A stretch of DNA of 64,000 nucleotides from assembly GCA_020891255.1 (NCBI GenBank), contig BQFW01000005.1, forward strand, positions 310,001 to 374,000, in the 5' to 3' direction. Both the position numbers and the translations under genes were made by a program. A model generated the notes under the pieces. The model searched no databases. It was not told the origin of the DNA and saw nothing but the letters and a program-made list of their open reading frames with translations. This document shows positions 9,893 through 23,087 of the stretch, piece after piece; the first letter of the stretch is position 1, and every line of letters starts with the position of its first letter. The DNA comes from Entomortierella parvispora E1425. Lineage: Eukaryota; Fungi; Mortierellomycota.

Positions 9893-12800
9893 ATGCACAG
9901 CGGGTTCGGCGCTGGCGACGACGACGACGACGACGACGACTTTGAGCCCGTGAGTCCGCACCCTATTCGTCGAAGACAGGACCTTCCGCGACCTTCGCTC
10001 AAGCGGCCCCGTCCCCCAGGGAAACCTTCGTTGACGTCCTCCGCCACCATTCCAGCATTGACCTCTTCCCTGCCTGCCAACAAAAAGTCTTTGCCCTGCC
10101 CACATGCAGGGACACAGGCCGGTAGCGTCAAGAGCAGTGTTACCACCACTACGACCGTTTCCTCAGCCACCACCACTTCCAAGGGACTGCAAAGGTCCGG
10201 ATCAGCATTGTCACTGAAGCGTGCCATTTCAAAAAATGCGATTCCAAAGTCCAGTGATTCCGCTTCTTCGAGGCAGGAAGACCCCCTCGAGATAGACCCT
10301 CCAGTAGTCAGCGTGCCAGCATCGACAGACCCCATTGTCATCATGGACGACTCAGATCGGACACAGCCCTCGACACAGGGACAGCCCTCACAGGAACAAC
10401 CGGTGCGCAAAGTCCCTCGAACACCTTCAAGGACACCGAAAAAGTTTAAATCCACCGAGACTGTGCGCCAGCAAGTCGTTTCCTTGACGGACACTCCGGA
10501 TGACAACTTTACCTCGGATGCCATTATCACGACCATCAACGTTCCAGTATCTACATTGGAAGAGCAAGAGCGCCTTGACAAGATACAGCGGTTAGAGGAC
10601 GATCAGGGGGATGACAGTCTACAGCTTGCCCTGGCTATTTCAAGGTCAATGGACCATTCGGAGGACGGATCGGCGGTGAACCAGACCTCGTGGTCGATGG
10701 CGCCTCTCAATATCCGAAAGGGTAAAGGCCGTCGGAAAGTAACAGAGCAGGAGAAGAACGAGACCTCCGTCTTGCCTCTTACAGAAGTCCAACATCTGAT
10801 TCAAGCCAATGTCAGCGCACTCTTGTTTCCCGAAGAACCAAGCTCTACTTCCCACACAAGCAGTGGAGAGCACCATGACTTCACAAAAAAAACACCACCT
10901 TGGCGACCATCCCGGTTTGCAGGAACCACGAAGGCTGATCTGGAGTTCAGTCTATCGCAGTCTTCAGAGACGGAGACGGAAACTTCAAAAACAACTCTAT
11001 GGGATCTTTCTCGCTTCAAGGACGAGCACACGATTGACAGGCTGCACCTGGATTCCAACCATATAGAGGAAGGTTCATCCCGTCTTGAGGGTGATGATAA
11101 TCAAGATCCGCAGCAGCAACGATCGTCCCCACCAGCAGTGACGGACAGAGATCTGTATATTACACGCTTTATGGCTCATTATCTTCATCGAGATAAAAGC
11201 ACATCCGCCACCGATACCCAACAAGAGCTAAGCTCTCTAGACCTCCTAGAGGGAGAGGACACTGCGAATGCGCAGGCTGGACCTTCATCTAAAGAGGGCG
11301 ATGATAAGGTAATGTAGAATACTGTAGACTAATAAACCTCCCCCAAAATGGTCCTTGTAGAGTTAACACAAGACCTTTTTGTCAACCCTTCATTTCAAAA
11401 GCCCATGTTCTCATCTCCGATTTGGTCCGCTCCTAGAGCACGCAGGATTTCTTTCAAGGATCAAACTAAAGCTCTAGATCGAGACTTTGCGATTTCATTG
11501 CAAAATGAAATCACTGGGCACCTTGCAGACATGGAGCGCACGATCCAAGAAGCAAAACTGGTAGCATACACGAAGGTAACTATTGTACTCTACGATGATT
11601 TATAAAGAAAAAAAAGGATGAGATTTTATCTGACGGTCTTAATGTTTTGTTTTCTGCTCCTAGATCCTGCAGTCCTTGAAGCGTCGCCCGATAACATCCA
11701 GACTGAGATCACCTGAGCCTATGGATTTGATAGCAGCAAACAGTCGCAATTTGCGCAACTTGAGCCTGGAGCTGGAACAGGAAATCATTATGGATGGTTA
11801 CCAGCCATCCTCATCACCACTCCTTCGCTACTCTAAAAACAAGGACAACGATCTTGGTCATGGAGCTGATTTGATCACTGATCTCTCATTGGAACGCAGT
11901 CCTCGCATTCCTGATAACTACAACGTCGATGATTATCAGGATGACTATACCGCCAGTTTTTTGGATGGTGATGACTATCAACCGGACTTTTCGTTTGAGC
12001 TGATTCCGGCCGACAGTACCAATGTCGAAGATCATCCAAGCATTCACAACATTCACCAAGAGACAATACATATTGCCTCCTCCCCATCTGTCTCTTTGTC
12101 AGCAGCAGGATCTCAAAGCCAACAGAGCGTCCACGCCGTGAACGCTGCATATACCAGTCCTATTGATCTCAATAAGACACCAGGCTATTCTGGCGCTCGC
12201 CTCAGTCAACAGCAGGATGCCTCGCCAAGTTTCTCCTCCCCAGTTCGATTACCTCCGCCCCTGGATTTTGTAAAACTGGGGTATCATGGTACTACTACTC
12301 AGTCTTCGACACCTCCACGGTCCATCTCACCATCTCCAGCACCAGTATCAGGCAATGATAGTCGTATTGATCCTCCGGCGTTTCCGTGGGTAACAACACC
12401 CAAGAGAACCAACAAGACAAGGCGACTTGATTTCGATCATGATGAAACAGAGAGGGGCCCAAGCCTCCAGGGACAAGATCCGGGAGATGGGCAGGATTTA
12501 TGGTCGCCGATATTGTCGGATTTGGATGATGACGAAAGTGATCCTCCCTTGCCGCGGATCCCAAGTCGCCCAAGGAGTATGTTCAAGGGGAAAATGGCAG
12601 TTCGACCAGTGCCATCTTTGACGTCGTACCAAGAACGACAACGGGCGCTCTCACTCTCGCCCTCACCGCCACCTTTACGGCCGTTATCACAGCGATCTAA
12701 AGCCAATCCATTGCAGGGACTGCCACTATTGAAAAGGTTCGCTGTGCCTGCTGTGGGAACGAGCCAACAACATGCAGAGGCAGCGGCGAGAGTTGGGACG

Positions 12801-14454
12801 TCGGCACCTTTGACGTCGGCTACCTCAACTCGCTCAAGAGCCCCTATTAGTGACATCGCAACAGATATTGTTGTGCCTAATCGCGGAACGAGCGACAAAA
12901 ACAGGAGCGTAAAGGATAGAATGAGCCCTGTACTGGATGGAGAGCACGCCATGAGTCCCATATTGTCTGAAGAGGAACTGAATCCAGGAGAATCTACTGC
13001 TCTCTCGCAACGATTGAACATGTCAATCTCGCCTCAAACCTTGAGCAATGCCATTGCTGCCTCTACTGCACCCAAACGAAGACGCGGCCCATCCAAGAAG
13101 AATGCCGATGCCACTACCGTCCAATCCACGATAGCCGATGGAGCCGAGCCAACGCCTCCGCAGACACCCACCAAGAGAAAGAGACTGGCAACTTTGAGAG
13201 CCGAGGCGTTATCAGCTCAGACTGCAAAATTTGTTGCTAACCTCAAGGCCCAAGGATCGCGACCAAAATACGAAGAAATGTCGATGGCGAGACTGAAGAC
13301 GCTGGCTATGACGTTTGGGCTGAAGCCCTCTAGTAAACCGGCCATGGTTGAGCAGTTGAATGCGATATGGCGCAATTTGAACCCGAACGCTGGCGATGGT
13401 CCTGAAGAGACAAGAGCTCGAGGAGAGACGATACCAGAGGTCATCGCAACATTGGAGGGAAGAGTTGGTGTTCGCGATGAAGGAGCTGTTGGGGTACTTC
13501 CCGAGGACGAGGATGATATTTTCGAGCTTGCAAGTGACTTTGGCGGCGGCTCTATCACTGCCTCTAACCGCCAAGCGGATGACTCGGTTGGCTACAATTT
13601 TGATCAGGAGTACGACCAGGACCACCAGAACGATTACTATTATGATCCATGGGAAGATGAACAGATGGATAATAGGGCTATCTCTCCTGTCCAGCGCTCG
13701 CCAATAAGGGCAGCCCGATGGAGCAGCCCAGAAGTGATCTATGACCTCAACGGCAATGGCAACGAGGATGTCGATCGAGGAGCAGCATTCGCAAGTCCAA
13801 AACTGAATGTAAATGGCGACGCTGCTGTGGGGCAGCGTTCGGACATGGGGAGTGTGATTCTCTCTGATACAGAACCGGTGGAAATCCTGGATGAGGAGGA
13901 CGTTCCTCTCATCCGAACACGGAACACGAGAGTCGATATTTTGAGCGAAAGGTCTTCCTCCCAGGGAGGATCCGAGTCTGATCTACTGAGCGACGAGGAT
14001 GACGAGGATGGCGAGAATGAAGGTGCAGGCGATGATGAACAGGATGGCTCAACAGATCAAGAATTAGATTTGGCTTTGGTACCTGAATTGGAAAATCTGG
14101 AACGTCGACTGGGCGAGTTTCTGAGCAACACGTCGCACTTGCGACAGCAGTATTTGACCTACAAGGTAAGGCGCCTTGGACGTAACACAGGAAGGGCTGC
14201 TTGTATGACTTGGTGTAATTGTTTTGGTTGCTAAACCCCTTCTTTTTTTTCCTCCATCTCCTCAGCCTTTGGATCTAGAGAGTCTTTGGGAAGAGTGTCA
14301 AAGAGCCGACATCCTTTGCACACGCGAACAGATACGCCAATTCTTGGATAAGCAAGGCATCATCTGTTTTGTGCCTGCCCATTCAAGTTTGAGCAGCTGG
14401 CGGAAGAAGCGTGCGACCAAAGTCGACAAGCGCAGGAAACGAGCAGATAAATAA
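9893..14454 (+). CDS. SLX4: Structure-specific endonuclease subunit SLX4-like (spliced)
   Basis: UIM-like DDSLQLALAISRS, SAP-like PKYEEMSMARLKTLAMTFGLKP, and C-terminal SLX1-binding region LTYK|PLDLESL...QIRQFLDKQGI. Confidence 0.75.
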
Positions 14455-14759
14455 AGTTGTCTGAAGGACAGACCTGCTTTTTGTTCATGCAAATGACCAC
14501 TAAACCACAGCACAGCCGTTTATTTACAACGCAGCGCGGTCAAAAAAAAAAAAAAAAAAAAATCACGCGTGTGAGCGACCCCCCGAAGACATAACAGCTT
14601 TGCCATTTGGAAGCTTTCTCCTCCCCCCCCCCCCCCCGAATATTTTCTCTCTCATCTTAACTTTGCATCCTCTTCTACTGCTCCTACCCCACCCATTGAA
14701 CGAAAAAAGTAAGACCACCTTTTCTTCCTTCATACCACTGTGATTTTCCTGTCCTTGAT

Positions 14760-15434
14760 ATGAGTTTTGCTCCTTACCGACGTCTTTCCCCTACGTTTGC
14801 TGCGCTTGTGTCTCGAAGGATGGCCGAGTTCCGCCGTTCCAGCCATTCCAGCCATTCCAGCCAGGCTTCGGTCTCGAGCATTGTCGATATAACAAAAGGT
14901 CTCCAGAAGACCACTCTCTCGGACGACGACCGTGGTCGCAAACCGTCTGCCCATACCACCTTGAACAAGACCAGCAGCAGTCCTACTCTCTATCCTTATC
15001 GCCCACAAAGCCCAGTGTCTCCTTCCGAGCATGAGATACAGTTCAATGTGCTCCCACCGGTACCCACCACCCCCAACATTCTGTCGCCTCTGACATCGCC
15101 CCTGACCGAAGACCTGCGCCCGGCCTGTGGAGGAATGAGCTGGGTCAAGAAAAGACAGCTTCCCTGCGTGCATCCAGGCGCTAAACCAGTGCGTGACCCC
15201 GACACCAAAGCGTTTCTAGGCTATTTTTGCTTTCAACATAGCCCCTTGAACAAAGTATGTTTGGCCAAAGTTCCCGCGCAAGACAAAGAACCCGCGCGTC
15301 AATGCAGAGTGAGGTGTTCTGATAAAAAAGGCGAGATCCGGTCCAATGGCGATCCCATTTGCAACACTCATTACAACTCAAAGTACAAACTTTTCCGCTC
15401 CTCCGCTTCTCGCACCCTGAGAGTACTTTCTTGA
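14760..15434 (+). CDS. Hypothetical protein, Ser-rich N-terminus and Cys/His-rich C-terminus
   Basis: 224-aa ATG-started ORF with CVH..CFQH..CLAK..CRVRC..CNTH; no family recognised. Confidence 0.5.
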   Translation: MSFAPYRRLSPTFAALVSRRMAEFRRSSHSSHSSQASVSSIVDITKGLQKTTLSDDDRGRKPSAHTTLNKTSSSPTLYPYRPQSPVSPSEHEIQFNVLPPVPTTPNILSPLTSPLTEDLRPACGGMSWVKKRQLPCVHPGAKPVRDPDTKAFLGYFCFQHSPLNKVCLAKVPAQDKEPARQCRVRCSDKKGEIRSNGDPICNTHYNSKYKLFRSSASRTLRVLS

Positions 15435-15695
15435 ACAATGGTATTCATTTTTGGCGATTTTTTTTTCTTGTTTGTCTCTAAATAAAATATGACAATGGTT
15501 TGAGGATGAATTGTAAAAAAAAAAAAATGGGCCAAGACGAAGAAAAAGACTGGTCGTAAGAGGAAAAGAGGAAATCGAAGATGTGATTTTTTGAGCAGGG
15601 AGTGTGTGTGTGCATGGGGTTGCGTGCATGAGAGGGAAGGGAGAGAAAATAAGCAAAATGGGGGGGTGGGAGCGAGATGAATATAAAAATGCAGT

Positions 15696-17844
15696 TTATG
15701 CGAGAGTCAAGCTGACAAGGTTGGCATGGGTATTGATGACCTAGATAGAAAAAAGCGCGTTCAAAAAAAAAAAAAAAAAAAAAAAAGTCAGCATTCGTCC
15801 TTTCAACAAATGGAACGCGTTGCAAATACGGAAGACTTGTCAAGAATAACTTACGTCAATGGCTTGTCCAACCTCCACTCTCCTGCGAGCAGCAACAATC
15901 CAGTCCTTGGCAAGACGCTTGCCCCAGCCCTTGAGCTGGTTCAATTCACGGACAGCCTGCTCCAGATCGCTCTCCAACAAGTAGTATTCCGTACGGGCCA
16001 AGATGGCCTCCACATCGTTTCCAGGAACCAAGCCGTGCTTCTTGAACATCAACTTTGACAACACCACGCTCATTCCGTGAGCCAAGACACCGCCGTTCTC
16101 GGGAACCAAGCTGGCCTGACGGACCTTGTCGGCCACATACTCGAAGCGGTCCATCAACTCTGGCACAGAGTCCACACCCTCAACAGCCACAGACTCGGGA
16201 ACAGCGGCCAAGACAGCCTTCAGCACCTCGGCATCCTTCTCTTCCTCTGCCAAACGCTTCAAGCGAGCCAACTCGCGGTCAAAGGGACGACGCTCTCCGG
16301 CCTGGTAAGTCTTCTCCAAGGCCTTGATGCCGCACCAAAGCTGATGTGTGCGAGCAGACTGGTCCAAGAACTCTGCATTGTCGGCGCCCTGGCGCTCCAA
16401 AGTCTTCAAGCGCAAGTTGATCTGGTCCAAACGGGCCAAGCGGCCGCCACGCTCGTTCTCGACACGGGCACGGACCTCACGGGCCCAACGACGCTGCATG
16501 TCCATGGCGTAGTTTTGCAACTCTTGCTTCTGCTCCTGACGCAAGTTCTCCTGCTGGATCTCGAGCTCGCGTAAGATCGCCTCGCGCTTCTCCTGCTCAT
16601 AGGTCTCGGCCAACTCCTTCTTGAGCTGAGAGACGTGACCCTCATGATCCTGCTCCTTCTCGTTCACGAGCTTTTGGTACTTTTCCGTCAACTCGGCCAT
16701 GACCGTGGCGGCCTGGGCCTCACCCTCGAGCTTCAAGGCCTCGACGCGCTCGCTCAAGTTCTTCAACTCCTCGTTGGCCTTCTCAAAGACCTGGTGGCCC
16801 TGCTCAGGGATGCCAGACTCGTTCAAGATCTCGACCAACTGGTGCAAGGTCTTGTTGAGATCGGCCATGACGGGCTCCTCCGAGACAATGGGGGCGACCT
16901 TGATCAACTTCTTGGGCTCAGGAACAGCCTCCACAATCTCTGCCTTCTTCTCCTCGACCTTATCCTGAATCTTTTCCTTGATCTCCACAGCCTTCTCCTT
17001 GACCTTCTCGACCTTGGCCGCGACCTTGGCCTCGACCTTGTGAGCAGTGTCCTTTGCCTTCTCCACAACCGACTCCTTGACCTTGGGAGCGCTTCCGGGA
17101 GCGGCAGCACCGAGGAAAACAGGGGTGGGGACCTCGGAGGGGATGTACTCTGCGCGCACAGCAGGGACGGCAGGGCGGGGCTGCTCCAATTCCTGGACCT
17201 TCTTGGCCAACTGACTGGCACCGGTCTGGACAGGGGCCGACTCTTTCTTGACAGGGGCAGGGGTGGTGGTGCCGTTGATCAAGTCCGAGGCCGATCTGTA
17301 AGCCGTCTTGCTCAACTCGACGACCTTCTCCGAGGCGTGGGAGGCGCCGGCGAGGACCTTCTCGAGATCCTCGCTGTCCTTGATCTGCTCCAGCTTGTCC
17401 ATCGAGTGGGCGAAATGAGGAATGTTGTTCTCCAAGAGCGAGCGGAATTCCTCGTCATCGAACGAGTGCTTGATCACACCCGCAACACCGGCACCGATCA
17501 ACGTCAAGGTGATCAGGGCCTTGGTCCTGAAGCGAAGTCCTGACTTTACTACTGGCGTCGCAGCTGCCTCGGCGACAGACTTTTTGGCGTCGGTGGTGTT
17601 GAATCTCTAGAAGGATGCATGGGAATGAGGGCTTGCCTTGTTAACATCATGGGCATGCACTCTACTGAGGAAAGAAAGCAGCAAGAAAGCAACAGGAAAG
17701 AATAACTGTTTGAATGAACAGCATATGCAATCATTCGTTCATCGGTACCTGGGCCATAGCACGGTATTGGGTAGCACGGATGGACGAGGCAGCCATGGCC
17801 GTGTGCTTTGAGCCGGCGGCGGCCAATCTATGGACGTTCATCAT
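15696..17844 (-). CDS. MIC60: MICOS complex subunit MIC60 (mitofilin), spliced
   Basis: Mitochondrial presequence-like exon 1, a TM segment, a coiled coil, and the mitofilin domain (ENERGGRLARL, VRQASLVPENGG, ILARTEYYL...AVRELNQLKGW). Last exon VINTHANLVSLTLA*. Confidence 0.92.
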
Positions 17845-18047
17845 TCTCTATAGAGTGTGTGTATATGAAAGAGGGGAAGAGAGGGAGGGCTGCTTCTTCA
17901 GAAGAAGAAAAGGAGAAGAGAAAAAGAGTCGCGAAAGGTGAGTTTTTGTCAATGGGATCAAGGGCGAGATCTATAGATCACTCGGAAGGGGAAGGTGGGT
18001 GGTACCTGAGAAAGGAGTCCTGAGGGAGAGCGAGTGAACGGTGAAAG

Positions 18048-18050
<3 letters not shown>

Positions 18051-18088
<38 letters not shown>
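18051..18088 (+). repeat. (GA)n microsatellite upstream of MIC60
   Basis: About 19 perfect AG/GA units. Confidence 0.95.
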
Positions 18089-18091
<3 letters not shown>

Positions 18092-18606
18092 AGAGGCCCT
18101 TGCACGAACGTAGTCCAAGGTCGACGGGGGAGGGAGAGAGTGAATGGATGAGTGAATGGATGGATGGATGGATGGGTCCTTTGTTACTGCCAGCCAGCCT
18201 GCCAGCCTGTCCGAGCGAATGCAATCTCTCGATCCCTTCTTCCCTTCTTTCCCGTCCGTCTGTTCCTTCGCACTTCGGGAACGGGCCGTTGATGCACGGT
18301 GCAAGGCCACATCGGGCGCGGAAATGATGGACACGTCACCGGATTCTATTATCGCAGAATGTTGCTTAAGGAGTGCTCACTTTGGATCGAAACGAACGCG
18401 ACCAACGCGGTGACATGTCACCTCGCGTCCCAAAGGTTCTCCAACGGCATGCTAACGCTTCCGGTATCTTGATATCATGCAAACACAACGTGGGAAATAT
18501 CTTACATCTTACATGAGTATTTTTAATAAATATCAGATTACGAGAGATGAGTGATGCCTCCTCTCAACTTTTTTTTTCTTTTCAAAAAAATTCTCTTTGA
18601 TCGTAT

Positions 18607-21600
18607 CTACTTATTGGATCTTGCTGAGGACGTAAAGTCCAGGATCCCATTCACAATGGCCCCAAATTTGTCAATGGCACCGCGCTGTACCAATAGCTTG
18701 CGATGGGCCAGTTTTAGACCAATGGCTCGAGTGATGTCAGCCTTCTTGGCCACCAGGCTGTTGGGAAACGACCCCCAGACCAGACAGAATCGGATCCTCT
18801 TGCCCTGTTCCTCTATCCTCCAAACAGAGACAGACCTCCCGACAGAGATTGCAACCTCCATGGGCGTGGTGGGACTCCATGCCACATACAATGCAGGGGT
18901 TGCTTCCACCGTGAGGAGCTTGAGCCCCCATTCTTTGGAGTCGGTCGCCCACAAGACAATGCTGTTTACAGAGCTACCAATGATCCGATGACCGCAGTTG
19001 GACCAAGCAATGCGACAAAAGTGAGTCTCTTCCTCCAGAGAGGTTCTCTCCCCTAGTGTCTTCACATTCACAAGACTGACCCCTGAGATATAAACAATGG
19101 CCAGAGTATTGCCACAGGGCGAGAATGCAATGTCTACAGGCAACCTATTCTTGCGGTATATTCTGGGGGAAAGGTTCACCTGCGCCATATCCCAAATCCA
19201 AACATCCCGATCGCTGATCGATGCAAGCCATCCCCCACTCTTAGAGAAGACCAGCTTTTGAGAACGCGTTGTTGGCCCTTTCAAAAGTTGTTGTTCGCCC
19301 CCTACATTCGGGAGGAGGTTGCGCAGTTTGATAGCGCCTTGGTCAGTGCCTAGAGCCATTCTTGAGCCGCACGGAGAATACTTGACGGGGTATTCTCCCT
19401 CCAATTCCTCCACAGGTCGCCATATCTCATCCGATGTGTCGTAGATCACGGTTCGCATTTCTTTCGTGATGGCCAACTTCTGCCCATCCGAAAAGTAAGA
19501 TACTTGTTGGACCAATCCCGAGGTTGTATTCAAAATTATTTGAGAAGTACCCGTCTCTGCATCCCACCTTCGAACACACCCGTCGTGTTCTGCGGTAACC
19601 AAATATCTGCCCGTCGGATGGTATGCGATTTTAGGAGCGTACAATCTCTTGATATGAGTGTCGCTCCGTTCCTTTGGACTTGATGCTGCCTCGGCGCTAA
19701 TCTGCCAAAAACGAACCATCACCTCCACCCGACACTAGCTCATGCTCATTTAGGAAATACACGCCGATGGCTCCATTGGAATGACCGTTCATGGTGGCAA
19801 TACAAGATCCGGACTGTCCATCCCAAAGGATCACAGAGCTATCAATTCCGCACGAGGCAATCCAGCGACCGTCTCTTGAGAACACGGCTGCAGTGGGATT
19901 GCCAGTGTGACCCTCCATGACAATTGCTTTGATAGCAGTTGGACATAGACGGCCCGTCCGTCGTACCTCCTTGATTGTTGACGGAGTAGACGATCAATGG
20001 CAAGCTCAACATCTGCATCCGTGTTGACCTTGTATAACAATGGAGAAGTCATGGGAAGAGGCAGGCGACTTGCCAGTGGATGAACGAGTTCGAAATGTTT
20101 GGTGCTTCTTGCTCTTAAGCTGAAGATTCCGCCCTTTTTTTTCTCCATGATAGCTGCACTGTGGATATTTCGCGTGTTGAAAGTGCCTGCGAATGTAACT
20201 GAGTTTTCCGAAATATGTCGAAGAATGGTCAGTGCCAATCTCCTAACTACAGGCTCGGATTTCACAGCTCCATTGCCCTTGGCGTACTCGTGCAAGAGTG
20301 CGAGCGACTGCTGGCGAGCACTATCATCCCAACTGAGATCCATTGAGATCTCTCCAAGAAGCTGACAGACGTGCCATTGAAAGTCAGTGTTGCCAATGCT
20401 GGGTCCCTCGCGGAGAAGCCTGTAAAAATCCGAGAAATGACGGCTCTGCAAAAATCCTTTTGCATTTTGAACATCTTGGACCCACTGCTTTTGGTTGTAC
20501 GACTCCAGGGAGATTCTTAGTAATTTAAGAAGGCCACGCGTCCCGCGAGTCGAGTTTGGTTCACAGTCCGCCGAATGTTGCCCAAAAGTTGAAAGTAGTA
20601 GCCGTTTTCCATATCTGGCCTGGAACTTGATGAGAGGATCCTTGTGCTTTTCCAGAGTTGACAGAACTTTGAGCAAAGGCACATATTCCACGCGGCCTTG
20701 ATTCCTTGGCAGATATGTAGCCAGAGTCGTAAGAATGATCGTGATGGCAAAAGTCAAATAGATCGTACCCTCCACATCTTTTCCAGCAGTTTCTTCCAGG
20801 CGCCTCCTGGCTGACTTCACGATGCGGATCAAATCATCGAATGAAAGAGAGCCGGGTGGCATATCCTGTATCAGTTGAGAGAGCCCGAGAAGAATGTTGA
20901 CGTCTAACATAGGGCACCGTTGAAGCTCCTGAAGAAATGCCATGACGAGTTTGCGGTGAAGATCTTTGTCCAACAGTGGGCCAATATGAACGACCTCTCG
21001 GATAAAGTCTGGATCCCTGGTCGGTTCTTCCATGAACTTGCTGGCCATCCGTCTCATCAGACTGTAGATATGTTCCTTCTCCAGTGGGTTATCTTGCACG
21101 AACTGGTTCCACTCCTCAGGATCAGAGCCGTGTGTTGTAGACGAAAGGTTTGTTGAGGACGCTAGTGGTAATGATGATATCGCCTCTAACAGCGCCTTAT
21201 CCAAGAGGCGAGCGCAGTACACAAGCTGAACCGTGTCCTCGATCAGCTCGTCTTCCACAGGCACAGGTATGGAGAACTGCTTCCTCTGCATGACCAAAGA
21301 ATCAGCCGCTGTCAGACTCGAAATTATCGTACCTCGATGAGGTGAATGTGCTGTAGCTGGCCTAGATTCGGTCGACATCCGATCCTGGACTCTGACAGCG
21401 GTCGAGAGTGAAGCGGCGTCATGATTCTGCTTCGGATTTACTGGTAGCTCTGTGTTTAGAAGGTTCGATTTAGAGCAGCAGGCTGTGGAGCTGGAAGCAT
21501 CTTTGGTAGGCTCTGTCTCTGCTGCTGCTGGTGGTGTGGAAAACTTTGTACTGCGTGCAGATACATCGATGGTCGAGCTGGCTCCGTTGTAACGTCCCTG

Positions 21601-21846
21601 TACTGTAACGGGGAAGACAACGGGCTGGAGGGATACTGAAGCAGATGCCTGTGCTGCGCCTGGTTTCCCCGATAGAAGCATCATTGCTGATTGGGGCAAC
21701 CCGCTCTGTCTCCTCTGGTATTTGCCTTTGTGTTGAAAGCCACCTTGGATTGAGTGAATTGACCTAGATAAGAAGCATGGGTTCTGGTGAGCGCGCCTTC
21801 GATTTCGAAAAGCATGGCGTAGCTTGCGACGCTGACGGCCATGCAT
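18607..21846 (-). pseudogene. Arm-like repeat + WD40 NLR-like (HET-E type) gene lacking NACHT, with frameshifts
   Basis: The helical domain (EDTVQLVYCARLL, LSTLEKHKDPLIKFQARYG, HPLASRLPLP) joins out of frame at ~19925 directly to WD40 repeats (MEGHTGNPTAAVFSRDGRWIASCGIDSSVILWD). A second frameshift lies at ~19715. No P-loop found. Confidence 0.75.
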
Positions 21847-23087
21847 TACCTTTAGTGATCGCCTCAGCTTTTTCGGGCGACGGTGGGTGCTTCAGCTACG
21901 CAATAGGCGCGTATCTGCGCTTCGTTGACAACAACGATAGTCCACTGAAGGTGTAGGGTCAGGGTCAACGATATCTCTGGTTCAAGTCCAGCTGCCTCCT
22001 TGCCCAGAATGAAGCAAAGACTAGGAATAACCCAATGAGGAAAAAAAAGGAGGCGGTTAGCACAGAAAGAACTGACAGAGGAGATATTGTCTACTGCATC
22101 GAGAAATGTCCAGGTCCAACACCGACGCGTGCACTGGCCGTGATGCTCAGAGGCATCCTACCTTAAAAGTCGAGAGAGGTGAGAGAAAAGGGTTATGATG
22201 CGCGAAGCAAGCGAAAAGCGGCGCATGCAATTCCTCCCAAGAAGCAAATAGACCATGCCATTTCGACTTTGCCACAGACCAATGCTCTGCTCTTTCCTCA
22301 TTCGACGGCGCGAGCAGATGCATTCTTCCATGCACTGGTCCATGGAAATGAAATGCGATTGCCGCTGTTCGCTCATTGGTTTGATAGCATGCCATTCTGC
22401 CTGCCATTCCATGATCCCGGGAGGGTGAGTGAATAGGCAGCCAACAGGGACATGTCAAGGGGCAGTCGTGCAGGATGACTAGAAAAGAACAAAAGGAATG
22501 AAGACGAGGGAGGAGAAAGCCACGGTGGACAGGGGAAATCCCTGTGATTGGTCTCTGGGACAAAATGTCCCAGCGGGAAATGTCTGTGCGAGCGCAATCT
22601 CGCGTTCCCACCCCCTTCTTTCTTTTACTTTGCCTTGTCGACTTTTGTTCCTGCCAACGTCCGTTCCTACAAATACTCAATCTTTTCCCCCTCTCCTCTT
22701 CTTCTCTAACCTTTCCATCATGCACTCTTTCTGACCCCACATTTCCCTGCCTGCCCTCTGAAGGGTAACCATTTCAATTTCCCCTTTCACCGCAAGTCTA
22801 TCAAGATGGCCCCCATCAATCGACTACGGTTCCAAGCGACTACGGTTCCAAGGTCTCGCGCGAGAAGAAAACGTTCCTCTGCCGTCGCCAAGATTTAGAG
22901 GACCTGACCTGCCGATGACCTGATGCGACCATGTCTTCGTCTCAAGACCCGTCTGCCTTATATGTGCCAGTCGTCGACTGTGACCCTGACCCCGAGTCCA
23001 TCTCCCGAACCAGCCTCTGCTGAATTCCGACAACATTGCCTCTATCGCGTCGAGCAAAGGCTCTGATGGAGGCGGACGAACACTGCT

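Noticed and set aside
15765-15787. Long A/T homopolymers (also 49530-49562 and 55725-55749) as retroposition marks
   Set aside because: Such runs are frequent in introns and intergenic DNA throughout this window, so alone they are not diagnostic.
16055-17543. Long plus-strand ORFs antisense to MIC60 (also antisense ORFs over OSM1, MNS1 and SLX4)
   Set aside because: Shadow ORFs caused by GC-rich codon bias of the real genes.
18400-18430. Palindrome ACGCG-GTGACATGTCAC-CT-CGCGT and other small hairpins (56200-56790) as tRNA or ncRNA
   Set aside because: No cloverleaf, A/B boxes or second copy; most likely promoter motifs or chance.
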